Shown in pieces: positions 32,911-42,593 of a DNA stretch of 64,000 nt (the stretch's first letter is position 1; each line of letters begins with the position of its first letter). The notes under the pieces were generated by a model. That model saw only the letters and a list, made by a program, of their open reading frames with translations, was not told where the DNA came from and did no database searches. The position numbers and the translations under genes were made by a program. The stretch is from Limnothrix sp. BL-A-16 (GTDB lineage: Bacteria; Cyanobacteriota; Cyanobacteriia; CACIAM-69d): contig CP166615.1 in NCBI GenBank assembly GCA_041937175.2, positions 2,816,001 through 2,880,000 of the forward strand. The letters are read 5' to 3'.

Positions 32911-34641
32911 GTGCTGTATCTTGCAGAAGTCGTCCAAAAACGCGGCTTGATGGGATCAAAGTCAGAATTGAAGCTGCTGGCCTGTCAAAAGGGAGAGCAG
33001 TGGAGCGCAATTACCAATGAGGATCCCATCGCTTCAGACGATGCCAGCAATTACAAAGACGGGGCATTAGTGCTGGTGGATGCGATCGGGTCAGGGGCCG
33101 ATCGCAAAGTCAAGAATATTCAAGAAGGGGCCCGGCAGATTGTCAGCCTGCTGCAAAGCTATTCCCGTCAACAGGAAAAGAACAAGAGCCAGGAAGAAGA
33201 AATTCAGCAATGGATGGAGTCCCTGACTTACCAAAGCCAGGAGCTGAACCGGCGGGAACAGGAACTCGATGAGCGGCGCGAAAAACTGGAGCAACTGGAA
33301 CAGGAGTTGCGGCAGCTCGATCGCCAGCGCCAAGAGGTGCAACAGGCCCGGGAATCGGCCGATCGGCTCAATCAGGAAGTGCAACACAAGCGCCAGGAAA
33401 TTGAGCAGGCTCAACATGCCCTGCGGGCCCAGCAGGAGCAACTGAACCAAGAGCGCCTGACGATGCAGCAGCAGTTAGCGCAGTCGGCGGGTCTCGATGC
33501 CCAACAGGCGGCGCAATTGCAACATTTGCTGCAACAGGCGGCTTCTTCGGTGGTGGCCATGGACTATTTGCAGTCGGCGGTGGAAACTTGCCTGCAAATT
33601 ACGGCGGCCCAGGAGAGCCTGCTCAGCCACGCCCCAACGACGGAACCAACCCTTTCCCCGGAGGTGCGGGATTGGATTACGTCGGAAACCCAGACCCTGG
33701 CGGCGGCTTGGCAGGATTGGTATGCCCAGCGGGATGATCTGGATCGGGCCCGGGCCGAGTGGCGGGCCCAACAAACGGCGCTCGAACTTCATCAACAGCA
33801 GCTTTCGGCCGTTGAAGGGCAACTGGCCACCCAACGCAGCTTGCAGACCCTGTTGGAGCAAGCGGCCAATGGGGATGGCCACAGCGATGCAGCCCAACGG
33901 GTCGATCGGGCAGCCTTGGAAGCCATGCCGATCGGGGAGTTGCAAGAGCTGACGGCCCAGTTGCAGCGGGACTTGGAAAAGCTATCGCGGCTGGTGAGTG
34001 ACGAGGAAGAGGAGCTGAGTGCCAAGCGCCAGGCGATCGAGGAACTGCAAGGCCAAATCAACAGCGCCAATGAGTACGATCGCATTCAGCTAGAAGCCAA
34101 CCTGGCCGATGAGCGCGACGGTTGCCAGATGCTGGAAGAAACCCTGGTGGGCCAACGGCGCAACCTGCAAGAGCGGGAAGAGGTGCTCCATGCCCACAAA
34201 ACGGTGCTGAACAAGCGCCAAGGGTTGGCAACGCCCCGCACGGATGGCAGCGTGGATCTGTCGCCGCTGCTCGATCGGGTAACGCAAGACATTCAAGCCC
34301 TGGAAGGATTGCAGTCCCAATTGCGCGATCGGGTTTCCACGTTGGAATCCACGGTGCAAGAGGCGGAAATGACGGTGAACCAGCGCCAAGGAGATGTGCA
34401 AGCTCAATTGCAAGTCCTGCAAGATCGGGAACGCGAATTGCAAAGCAAGCAAATTGAGGCCATCACCCAGGGCAGCCAAGGGGGCGATACCCTGACTCAG
34501 CCCATGTCTGAGCAGGTTTCTGGACTGCGGCAACACCTGGAAGCCCTATTGACCAACCTCACCCAGGCGACGGACACCACCCAAGCCCAACAGGCGACGA
34601 TCGGGCAGATGCAGCAAATCGTTGCTTCCCTCAGCAAGTAG
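32911..34641 (+). CDS. hmpF: pilus motility/taxis coiled-coil protein HmpF
   Basis: MLYLAEV...ELKLLACQ, EEEIQQWMESLTYQSQELNRRE, long coiled coil; divergent from the che-like cluster as in the Nostoc hmp locus. Confidence 0.88.
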   Translation: MLYLAEVVQKRGLMGSKSELKLLACQKGEQWSAITNEDPIASDDASNYKDGALVLVDAIGSGADRKVKNIQEGARQIVSLLQSYSRQQEKNKSQEEEIQQWMESLTYQSQELNRREQELDERREKLEQLEQELRQLDRQRQEVQQARESADRLNQEVQHKRQEIEQAQHALRAQQEQLNQERLTMQQQLAQSAGLDAQQAAQLQHLLQQAASSVVAMDYLQSAVETCLQITAAQESLLSHAPTTEPTLSPEVRDWITSETQTLAAAWQDWYAQRDDLDRARAEWRAQQTALELHQQQLSAVEGQLATQRSLQTLLEQAANGDGHSDAAQRVDRAALEAMPIGELQELTAQLQRDLEKLSRLVSDEEEELSAKRQAIEELQGQINSANEYDRIQLEANLADERDGCQMLEETLVGQRRNLQEREEVLHAHKTVLNKRQGLATPRTDGSVDLSPLLDRVTQDIQALEGLQSQLRDRVSTLESTVQEAEMTVNQRQGDVQAQLQVLQDRERELQSKQIEAITQGSQGGDTLTQPMSEQVSGLRQHLEALLTNLTQATDTTQAQQATIGQMQQIVASLSK

Positions 34642-34659
34642 CTGTCAGCAAACGGCGCT

Positions 34660-35982
34660 TTAGGCAAACGGCATGGTTGCTCCGTCCTGGGCCGCTTGGG
34701 CGATCGCCTGCCATTCCTGAAGACCTTGGCGGGCGGTGACGGTTGCCTGCTGAGCAGCCACCTGATCAATCCAGGCTGCGAGCCGATCGACTCCCTGTTG
34801 GGGATCGATTTGCCGCAGCGCCGCCAGCACTTGCAAGGCTAGGGTCGGGGACTGGTTCGGCCGATCGCACAGCCGAGGCAGCAAGCGATCGAACGCGGCC
34901 GCCACTCGCAAATTACCCAGGGCTTCAATTAAGGCCCCCTGAACTGCCCAGTCGGTGAAGGGAGCCAGGGGCCGATCGAGCCAATCGAGCAGCAGATTAG
35001 CCACCCGGCGTTGATAGGTTTGATCGGAACTGTGATGCTGGGCGATCGCCACAATCCCCCCCAACAACAGATCTGTTTCACCTTGGGGCAACCGCTCTCC
35101 CAAGGCCGCCAAGGCCGAGGGCAACCCCATCTGAGCCAACAGCCGCACCACCAACTCCGGTGGCAACTGTCGCCGCTCCCAGGCCGCCACCAAGGCCGCC
35201 CGCGCCGGTTCATGGCCCCAGTGGCTGAGGGCCAAGGCGGCCGCCTCCGCCACCGAGTCCACCGGATCGCTCAACAGTTGGGTGAGGGTTTGGGCGATGG
35301 TGTCTTGGGCCACCTGATTGTGGCCCCAACGCTTGGCCCCCAAAGCCGTCACCGCCACCAATCGCACGTCGGCTTCCGAGTCTTGAGTGCCTTTCAGCAG
35401 GTGGGGTAACAAGGCGGGATGGGGCAAGCTGCCCAGGGCTTCCAGGGCCGCCCGGCGCAGGGATGGTTGAGGGGCCGATATCCCAATCAGAAGACCTTTG
35501 ATCGCCTCGGGGTGGTCAATTTGGGCGATCGCCTTGATCACCAAGGGCCCCCAATTCGGATCCATGAGGTAAGGGTTCAGACAATCCAGGGCCACCGTTC
35601 GCAATGGGGGCGATCGCTCTGCCAATTTGCCCAAGGCCTCGATCGCCGCTGCCTGCACGGAGGGATCCGACGCGATCGACAGCAGATTCACCAGCGATTG
35701 CACCGCCGCTGGGTCGTCAAACTCTCCCAAGGCCCTGGCCACAAACCAGCATTGCTCTAAGTCCAGCGCTTCATCGGTCAGCAACGCCACCAGGACCGGA
35801 ATCGCAGGCTTGCCAATGGCTTTGAGCTGCCCGATCGCCTGCCAGCGTTCATAAAAATCCCCATCCGCCAAAGTCGCCAGCGCCTGATTTAACGCTGGAT
35901 CGCTCACTGGCTCCAGCACCTGATCGAGCGGTTGACCGGGCAGTTGCCCCAACTCCTGCGCTTGATGGTGATTCAATGGCAT
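34660..35982 (-). CDS. HEAT-repeat (PBS lyase-like) protein
   Basis: Repeated VQAAAIEALG, LRRAALEALG, VRLVAVTALG, VAEAAALAL. Confidence 0.85.
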   Translation of the reverse strand: MPLNHHQAQELGQLPGQPLDQVLEPVSDPALNQALATLADGDFYERWQAIGQLKAIGKPAIPVLVALLTDEALDLEQCWFVARALGEFDDPAAVQSLVNLLSIASDPSVQAAAIEALGKLAERSPPLRTVALDCLNPYLMDPNWGPLVIKAIAQIDHPEAIKGLLIGISAPQPSLRRAALEALGSLPHPALLPHLLKGTQDSEADVRLVAVTALGAKRWGHNQVAQDTIAQTLTQLLSDPVDSVAEAAALALSHWGHEPARAALVAAWERRQLPPELVVRLLAQMGLPSALAALGERLPQGETDLLLGGIVAIAQHHSSDQTYQRRVANLLLDWLDRPLAPFTDWAVQGALIEALGNLRVAAAFDRLLPRLCDRPNQSPTLALQVLAALRQIDPQQGVDRLAAWIDQVAAQQATVTARQGLQEWQAIAQAAQDGATMPFA

Positions 35983-36371
35983 AGCCAACCGTTTCTGAAT
36001 TGAAGTATCTAGATTGAAATATTTGGATTGAGTCTTGAGCAGCGAACTGACTCTCAGCTTAACTGTCTCTATCTAACTGTCTTTCAAATGGAATCGCTGG
36101 AGGCCATGATTTGAAACGGTTGGCAATCGATCGACTCTTGGATCATCGCCTGGTCAAGGTTTCAGCGATTCCGACCATGACCAGTACGGTGGAGCATTGA
36201 CGCGGGTTAGCGGCTTTGCGTTAGGGTTTGGAGCGGCGCGATCGGACACTCCAAGGCAAATCTCCCGATGCAGGCCTGGCCCAAACCAGGCACACTGAAC
36301 AGGGAATGTATCCATTGCACAAAAACCGTTGGGCAATCCTAGTTGAGCAGTAGCAAGAGCAGTTCTGAACG

Positions 36372-37451
36372 ATGGTAACCCTGCAAGACGCACAACAGCA
36401 GATGGGAGCAGTATGGGATCCCGCCGTGGCCGAGGGGCAAGTGCCCGCCCATTTCGGCAACGATTCAGCGGCGATCGCGGCGGTCACTGCGGAAGTGGCC
36501 CTGGTGGATCGATCGCACTGGGCCCTGTTGCAATTAACGGGGGACGATCGATCCTTGTTTTTGCACAACCAAAGCACCGCCAATATCAAAACTCTGCAAC
36601 CGGGTCAGGGTTGCCAAACCGTCTTGGTGACCTCCACCGCCCGCACCCTGGATTTGGCCACAGTGGCCGTGACGGCGGAAGCACTGGATTTATTAGTGTC
36701 GCCGGGGATGGGGCCGACCCTGTTTCGCTGGCTCGATCGCTACATCTTTCCCGCCGATCGGGTCGCCCTCGCGGATATCAGCGGTCAATTCGCGATTTTC
36801 AGCCTTGTGGGGCCCCAAAGCGCCCTTTGTTTGCAACAGTTGGGGGCAGTCCTTGAAGAAATTTCAGCCCTGGAACCCTTTGCCCACCAGACCATGATCC
36901 TGGCTCAGGATGTGACTGTGCGGGTGCAACGGGGCAGCGGTCTGGCCACCGATGGCTACACCCTTTGGGTAACCAACGATCGAGCCGGTGACCTGTGGCA
37001 GGCGATCGCCCAAGCGGGAGCCGTTCCCCTGGGCGAACAGGCCTGGGAACAGTTGCGGATCGCAGAAGGACGACCGGCGGTGGGCCATGAGTTGACGGAA
37101 GATTACAACCCCCTGGAAGCAGGGCTATGGACAGCCATATCCTTTAACAAAGGCTGCTACATCGGCCAGGAAACGATCGCCCGCCTGAACACCTACAACG
37201 GCGTGAAGTTGAACCTTTGGGGGTTTCGATTGCCTCGGGTGATCGAAACCCCCTGTCCGATTTTGCAAGCGGATCAAAAAGTGGGAACCCTCACCAGTTG
37301 TGTGGCCACCGAAAACGGGGCGATCGGGCTGGGCTATTTGCGCACCAAAGTGGGCGGCGCGGGCTTAAGCGTCATGATTGACCATTGCCCCACCGACGCG
37401 ATCGACCTGCCCTTCATTACGCGCGAGCTGGCCAACACCATCGACCATTAG
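36372..37451 (+). CDS. ygfZ: folate-binding protein YgfZ (GcvT family)
   Basis: DRSHW, FLHNQST, signature KGCYIGQETIARL. Confidence 0.92.
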   Translation: MVTLQDAQQQMGAVWDPAVAEGQVPAHFGNDSAAIAAVTAEVALVDRSHWALLQLTGDDRSLFLHNQSTANIKTLQPGQGCQTVLVTSTARTLDLATVAVTAEALDLLVSPGMGPTLFRWLDRYIFPADRVALADISGQFAIFSLVGPQSALCLQQLGAVLEEISALEPFAHQTMILAQDVTVRVQRGSGLATDGYTLWVTNDRAGDLWQAIAQAGAVPLGEQAWEQLRIAEGRPAVGHELTEDYNPLEAGLWTAISFNKGCYIGQETIARLNTYNGVKLNLWGFRLPRVIETPCPILQADQKVGTLTSCVATENGAIGLGYLRTKVGGAGLSVMIDHCPTDAIDLPFITRELANTIDH

Positions 37452-37477
37452 CGATCGTTAAACTGCAATCATTGCCA

Positions 37478-38134
37478 CTACTGGCGGGCGATCGGCCCCA
37501 AGTAGCGCTGGAGATAAGGGGAAAAGACCTCAAAAATCAGCGTGAGGGGCTGATTTCGATGCCAAAACAGGTAATGTCGCCCCCAAAGCGGCCCCGACTC
37601 TCCAAATGCGGCCTCTAGGGCCGCCGATCGCCCATAACAAATTCCCCGCACATCGCGGTACAGCTCCGTGCGCAACCGAGCCAGACTGGCCCAAATGGGC
37701 AGCGATCGGTTTTGCAAATACTCATCCACATGGCTGGCTTCCCACCAAGACGTGGCATAGGCCAACCGCTGGCCGGAAGCCGTCCGTAACCAAACCTGGC
37801 GACGCAACCGCGGCCCCGGAACCATTTCGATCGCCTCCGGGGCCCCATCCCCCGCCGGCCCCACCACCGACATATCAATCACATCCACCTCGGTTGGTTC
37901 TCCCGTCAGCAATTGCAGGTGGCGAGTGGGTGACCCATCTCCCAACAACAACATTTGCCAAGGGGGAGCCAAAAAATGGTGAGGTAAGCCCTGCTGCACA
38001 ACGGTTTCATCCCCTTGCCAGGTGGGTTTCAGCCGATGCCAATCCCCATGGGATCCCAGCTCGATCGAGGGGCGATCGACGGGGGGTTGAGGTGCAGATA
38101 AATCCGCTTGTCGATCAGTAACGCTAGCAGTCAA
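37478..38134 (-). CDS. ubiC: chorismate pyruvate-lyase-like protein (DUF98/Ycf21 family)
   Basis: LLLGDGSPTRHL, RRQVWL, LAYATSWW, PIW, GRHYLFW, IFEVFSP. Confidence 0.8.
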   Translation of the reverse strand: MTASVTDRQADLSAPQPPVDRPSIELGSHGDWHRLKPTWQGDETVVQQGLPHHFLAPPWQMLLLGDGSPTRHLQLLTGEPTEVDVIDMSVVGPAGDGAPEAIEMVPGPRLRRQVWLRTASGQRLAYATSWWEASHVDEYLQNRSLPIWASLARLRTELYRDVRGICYGRSAALEAAFGESGPLWGRHYLFWHRNQPLTLIFEVFSPYLQRYLGPIARQ

Positions 38135-38179
38135 GGTCTTTGCATTTCTTAACTTTTCTCGATCCTAACACTCACCCCA

Positions 38180-38280
38180 AGAAAAGGGACTGGAGCATCA
38201 CCCTCGTGATGCGGCTTTCAGCATTCCCCCTGGAATTTAAGAACGCGGCGGATCTCGATCAATTTGAGAGTCCCGTTCAT
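38180..38280 (-). ncRNA. candidate structured RNA or 20-aa leader ORF upstream of the ubiC-like gene
   Basis: GGGACT/AGTCCC closing stem, internal hairpins GCATCAC-N4-GTGATGC and ATTCC-N4-GGAAT, U-rich 3' end on the minus strand; ORF 38280-38218 MNGTLKLIEIRRVLKFQGEC. Confidence 0.4.
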
Positions 38281-38349
38281 TCTGTCGAGAGCCTGAGTCG
38301 TAATCCTTGAGTCGCAATCTTGAGTCACCACTCTGACCCTAGGACTATG

Positions 38350-38382
38350 AAAAACCGGATCACTGAAAATCAATGATCCGGT
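38350..38382 (-). terminator. intrinsic terminator downstream of tRNA-Leu
   Basis: Minus strand ACCGGATCA-loop-TGATCCGGT followed by TTTT. Confidence 0.65.
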
Positions 38383-38454
38383 CACAGGTTATGAGCTGAG
38401 GACGCTCAAGCCAGGTTTCAAAATGCTCTGGATGAAGTCCAATCTGGAATTCAA

Positions 38455-38535
38455 TGCGGATGGCGGGACTCGAACCCGCAAGGCAAAGCCACACGCCCCT
38501 CAAACGTGCGCGTATACCAATTCCGCCACATCCGC
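38455..38535 (-). tRNA. trnL: tRNA-Leu (anticodon GAG)
   Basis: Minus strand GCGGATGTGGCGGAATTGGTATACGCGCACGTTTGAGGGGCGTGTGGCTTTGCCTTGCGGGTTCGAGTCCCGCCATCCGCA: acceptor stem, D loop, GAG anticodon, long variable arm, TTCGA; CCA not encoded. Confidence 0.96.
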
Positions 38536-38893
38536 AGGTGATTCACTGATGATGCTGGTGTGAGTTTTTGGGGGTATTGCTGAACCCAACCGAGGATGTT
38601 GGGGGCAAATAATCGTTACCCGTCAAACCAGCCGTAGCAGTATAGCATTCTTCGATCGTTTTGTTGAGCCTTGTTTCAGGATTAATGCACATCGGAAATG
38701 CACGTTGGGATGCGACTTGAGAGGGTGCGCTAGCCAGGATCGAAGATTCAGCCAAGGCCTGAGCAGGTATTAAACGAGATTTAAGAGGATCACCGCGATC
38801 GGCCCGATTTCCCCAGACTCCGCCGCCCGATCGCCCGCAGGCCACCCACGATGATAGGATTGGCTACCGCGCCCCACCTGCGATCGTACGACA

Positions 38894-40252
38894 ATGCGCT
38901 TTTCAAAAGTCCTGATTGCCAACCGTGGAGAAATCGCCGTTCGGGTAATCCGAGCCTGCGAAGAACTGGGAATTTCCACCGTGGCTGTTCACTCCACTGC
39001 CGATCGACAAGCCCTGCACGTGCAGCTTGCCGATGAAGCCGTTTGCATCGGCGACGCAGCCAGCAGCAAAAGCTATCTGAACATTCCCAACATCATCGCC
39101 GCCGCTCTGACCCACAACGCCACGGCCATTCACCCGGGCTACGGTTTTTTGGCAGAAAACGCAAAATTTGTCGAGATTTGTAACGATCACCAAATTGCCT
39201 TCATTGGCCCCTCGCCGGCCGCCATCCGGGCCATGGGCGACAAGTCCACCGCCAAGGAAACCATGCAACGGGCCGGCGTGCCCACGGTTCCCGGCAGCGA
39301 AGGACTGGTGCAAAACGAAGAAGCGGCCCTGGAGTTGGCCAATGAGATTGGCTATCCCGTAATGATTAAGGCCACGGCGGGCGGTGGCGGTCGCGGAATG
39401 CGTTTGGTGCGCAGCGCCGAAGAGTTGCCCAAGCTGTTCCAAGCGGCCCAAGGGGAAGCGGAAGCGGCCTTTGGCAATCCGGGCCTCTACATTGAGAAAT
39501 TCATTGAACGGCCGCGGCATATTGAGTTCCAAATTTTGGCCGACAGCCATGGCAACGTGATCCACCTGGGTGAGCGGGATTGTTCAATTCAGCGCCGCCA
39601 CCAAAAGCTCCTGGAAGAAGCGCCTAGCCCTGTGTTGAATCCGGAATTACGGGAAAAAATGGGCAGCGCGGCCGTGGCGGCGGCCAAGTCGATCGACTAT
39701 GTGGGCGCAGGAACGGTGGAGTTTCTGGTGGATCGATCGGGCAATTTCTATTTTATGGAAATGAACACCCGCATTCAGGTTGAACATCCAGTCACAGAAA
39801 TGGTTTGCGGCCTGGATTTGATCGCTGAACAATTGCGGATTGCCCAAGGGGAAAAGCTACGCCTCACCCAAGATCAAGTGCAGTTGCGCGGCCATGCGAT
39901 CGAATGTCGAATTAATGCGGAAGATCCCGATCAAAATTTCCGCCCTTGTCCCGGTCGCATTGGAGCCTATTTACCACCGGGTGGCCCGGGGGTGCGGATC
40001 GATTCCCACGTTTATCCCGATTATGAAATTCCGGCCTACTACGATTCTTTGATTGGCAAATTGATTGTTTGGGGCCCCGATCGCTCCAGTGCGATCGCCC
40101 GAATGAAGCGGGCCCTGCGCGAATGTGCCATCACCGGGGTGAACACCACGATCGGTTTTCACCAAAAAATTATGGAATCGCCAGAATTTATTGGCGGCGA
40201 AGTTTATACCAATTTTGTTGAAGAGTGGATGAGCAAAAATAAAAAGCGCTAA
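38894..40252 (+). CDS. accC: acetyl-CoA carboxylase, biotin carboxylase subunit
   Basis: [65 protein letters not shown]. Confidence 0.97.
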   Translation: MRFSKVLIANRGEIAVRVIRACEELGISTVAVHSTADRQALHVQLADEAVCIGDAASSKSYLNIPNIIAAALTHNATAIHPGYGFLAENAKFVEICNDHQIAFIGPSPAAIRAMGDKSTAKETMQRAGVPTVPGSEGLVQNEEAALELANEIGYPVMIKATAGGGGRGMRLVRSAEELPKLFQAAQGEAEAAFGNPGLYIEKFIERPRHIEFQILADSHGNVIHLGERDCSIQRRHQKLLEEAPSPVLNPELREKMGSAAVAAAKSIDYVGAGTVEFLVDRSGNFYFMEMNTRIQVEHPVTEMVCGLDLIAEQLRIAQGEKLRLTQDQVQLRGHAIECRINAEDPDQNFRPCPGRIGAYLPPGGPGVRIDSHVYPDYEIPAYYDSLIGKLIVWGPDRSSAIARMKRALRECAITGVNTTIGFHQKIMESPEFIGGEVYTNFVEEWMSKNKKR

Positions 40253-40262
40253 TCAAGCGCTA

Positions 40263-40404
40263 GGGCCTGTCGTCATTTCCTGAGATCAGACAACAACGGT
40301 TGATTTTCCATGCCCCAATCGTCGTAACAAGGGGCTTGAGCATCTTGTCCCCCACGATCTGCCAACATTGGAATTAGGGTTTCAGGCGATTTGACGACAC
40401 GCCC
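40263..40404. mobile_element. MITE-like element, family B (142 bp)
   Basis: TA-GGGCCTGTCGTC ... GACGACACGCCC-TA; core CAAGGGGCTTGAGCATCTTG at 40328-40347; 10 bp after the accC stop. Confidence 0.8.
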
Positions 40405-40458
40405 TAATCCTAACCACTGAATTGCTGACCACCTTCCTAACCTGTTTCGGAGTCAACC

Positions 40459-40551
40459 ATGGGCGACCATTGGATGGATTGGGCCACGGTGATTGGCTAT
40501 GTGGGATTCACGCTATTCATCATGTGGCAAATTTTTAGCCGATCGAAATAG
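40459..40551 (+). CDS. candidate 30-aa single-TM small protein
   Basis: MGDHWMDWATVIGYVGFTLFIMWQIFSRSK*; GGAG 6 nt upstream of ATG; hydrophobic core and basic tail. Below the ORF-track cutoff. Confidence 0.5.
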   Translation: MGDHWMDWATVIGYVGFTLFIMWQIFSRSK

Positions 40552-40637
40552 ACCTGCTAAATAGACCTGCTAATTGCGGGGTTGGGACAGGAAAGTGAGC
40601 ACAGGAGAGATTGCTGGCTCCGTTGGGCAAATTTTTC

Positions 40638-42290
40638 CTAGCGATCGGGCAAGGACGAACTGGCGTGCCGCAATCCCCAGCTCACCGCCAGGGCCAAGGG
40701 AATAGAAAGGGGTGTGAGCCAGTCGCCCCAACGGACGTAGGGCGTTTGCCGGGTGCGGCGATAGATTTCGGTGGTGTGCAGTTCGTAGGTGTTGGGGCGC
40801 GATCGCCAGTGGGTGACTCCGTGGGGATCGATGAAGGCGGAATAACCGGTGTTGGCGGCGCGGGCCACCCATCGATCGGTTTCGATCGCCCGCATCACAT
40901 CTTGGGCGTGGTGTTGGGCAAACATCGTGGGCCGGTAATGGGCGTTGTTGGCTGCCGAAAGGATGAATTGCCCACCGCTGGCCGCCTGCGATCGCGCCAA
41001 CTCCGCATGGGCTGAGTCATAGCAAATCAGGGCGATCGCCTGGCCAAAGGGAGTGTTGAGGCGCTGGTTGGGCTGGCCGAGGGCCAACTTGGTGTCCAAC
41101 GGCGATAGGCGATCGATGAAGCCGCCGACCACAGACTCGAAGGGAATATATTCCCCCAGGGGCACGAGGCGCACTTTGTCATAGCGACCCACGGCTTTTC
41201 CGGCGCGATCGAGGGAAATGAGGCTGTTGGTGAGGCGATCAGGTTGTTGGCGATCGGGCGCAAATAAACCCAGCCACACGGGCACAGCCCGATCGAGCAC
41301 TGCCGACAGGAATTCATTGCGCCGATCGCGGGTGGCTTCCGCCGTCCAGACCATTGGCAAGGCCGTTTCGGGAATTAGCACGCCGTCAACGCCCGCCGCC
41401 GCCAGAGTTTCATAGCCCCGTTGATAGCCCGTGAGGGCCCTGCGCCAACCTTCGGAGCCAAATTTCAGATCGTTGGGAATGTTGCCTTGGATCACCCCGA
41501 TCGTCAGGGCCGCAGCGGGGCGATCGGCCAAGGGCTGGGCAGCCAAAGCGGCCCCCAAGCCATGGCCCAACAGCAATAGTGCGATCGCTCCGGCCCACCA
41601 ACGCCGCCGATGGGTCAACCAACCTTCTGCCCAAGCTCCATTCACCCCCACAACCACCGCCGTTACCAAGGCGGGGCCCGACAGTTGGCCCAAGTGCAAA
41701 ATCGCTAAGTTGTGAGGCGCTTGGGTCAGGCCCAATCCCGTCCAAGCCAAGGGAGATTGGTTCCAGAGCCATTCCGTCACCAACCACAGGGCCAGGCCCA
41801 GCGCCCAGCGTCCGCCAGCCGATCGCCCCGCCAGTTTGCGGTGTAGCAGCCCAAACCCCACTGCCCAGCAGGCGACCTGCGATCCGGCCCAACCGGCCGC
41901 CACCAACCAGCACACCAGGGCAATGGTGAGGCTGGTGGCCCAAGACACTCCCAACCACATCATGGGATGTAGGCCCGTGAGCCAAAACACCGCCACGAGG
42001 TTGTAGCCCAAACCCCAAAGCCAGCCCAAACCAAGTCGATCGCGCCAATTGAGCGTTGGGTTAGCCAGCAACCACCACAGCGGAGCGATCGCCACCCAAG
42101 GGAGCGGCCACCAGCCCACCGGCTCCGGCCCCAGCCCCATCGCTACCCCAGCTCCCAAGGCCAGGGCCGATCGCTGCCAACGACTCCATAGCGATCGCCT
42201 TGGCCCTGGCTCGCCGGCAGTGGGTGCAACGCCGCTGACCCAACGACTCAAAAAATCCGTTCCTTGCCCCCCGGTTTTGCGACCAAACAC
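40638..42290 (-). CDS. lnt: apolipoprotein N-acyltransferase
   Basis: TM-rich N half, IQGNIP, PETA, YDKVRLVPLGEYIP, ICYDS, RAIETDRWVARAANTGYSA. Confidence 0.93.
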   Translation of the reverse strand: MFGRKTGGQGTDFLSRWVSGVAPTAGEPGPRRSLWSRWQRSALALGAGVAMGLGPEPVGWWPLPWVAIAPLWWLLANPTLNWRDRLGLGWLWGLGYNLVAVFWLTGLHPMMWLGVSWATSLTIALVCWLVAAGWAGSQVACWAVGFGLLHRKLAGRSAGGRWALGLALWLVTEWLWNQSPLAWTGLGLTQAPHNLAILHLGQLSGPALVTAVVVGVNGAWAEGWLTHRRRWWAGAIALLLLGHGLGAALAAQPLADRPAAALTIGVIQGNIPNDLKFGSEGWRRALTGYQRGYETLAAAGVDGVLIPETALPMVWTAEATRDRRNEFLSAVLDRAVPVWLGLFAPDRQQPDRLTNSLISLDRAGKAVGRYDKVRLVPLGEYIPFESVVGGFIDRLSPLDTKLALGQPNQRLNTPFGQAIALICYDSAHAELARSQAASGGQFILSAANNAHYRPTMFAQHHAQDVMRAIETDRWVARAANTGYSAFIDPHGVTHWRSRPNTYELHTTEIYRRTRQTPYVRWGDWLTPLSIPLALAVSWGLRHASSSLPDR

Positions 42291-42293
42291 GCC

Positions 42294-42479
42294 CTAACGC
42301 CCCTGCTCGATCGCCGGTTTAGGGGGTTCGGGGGCGGGTTCAGCGCTGGGGCTGAAGGCTGGGCCCACCCAAGCCAGGGCGATCGCCCCCAGCACCACCC
42401 ACTGGGTCGCTTGCAGGAGCCGATCGGGCGATCGGGGGGCCGTTGAAGGGGGGGAGTTGGGGGGCAAATCCGGTTGCAT
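42294..42479 (-). CDS. small hypothetical membrane protein (61 aa)
   Basis: ATG start, one hydrophobic segment (WVVLGAIALAWVG), stop 3 nt before the lnt ORF. Confidence 0.45.
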   Translation of the reverse strand: MQPDLPPNSPPSTAPRSPDRLLQATQWVVLGAIALAWVGPAFSPSAEPAPEPPKPAIEQGR

Positions 42480-42513
42480 AGTCCGTCTTGAGATTACTTT
42501 TGGAATTATTTTT

Positions 42514-42593
42514 CAGGTTCAATCAACCACAGGTTCAATCAACCACGGGTTTAATCAACCACGGGTTTAATCAACCAGGGGTTTAATCAACCA
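42514..42593. repeat. 16-bp tandem repeat, 5 copies, overlapping the PP2C stop codon
   Basis: caggttcaatcaacca x2, cgggtttaatcaacca x2, ggggtttaatcaacca. Confidence 0.9.

Noticed and set aside
38455..38535. tRNA-Leu as an integration site for the accessory region
   Set aside because: No duplicated tRNA 3' end or integrase seen; flanking genes are core and the island is 15 kb away.
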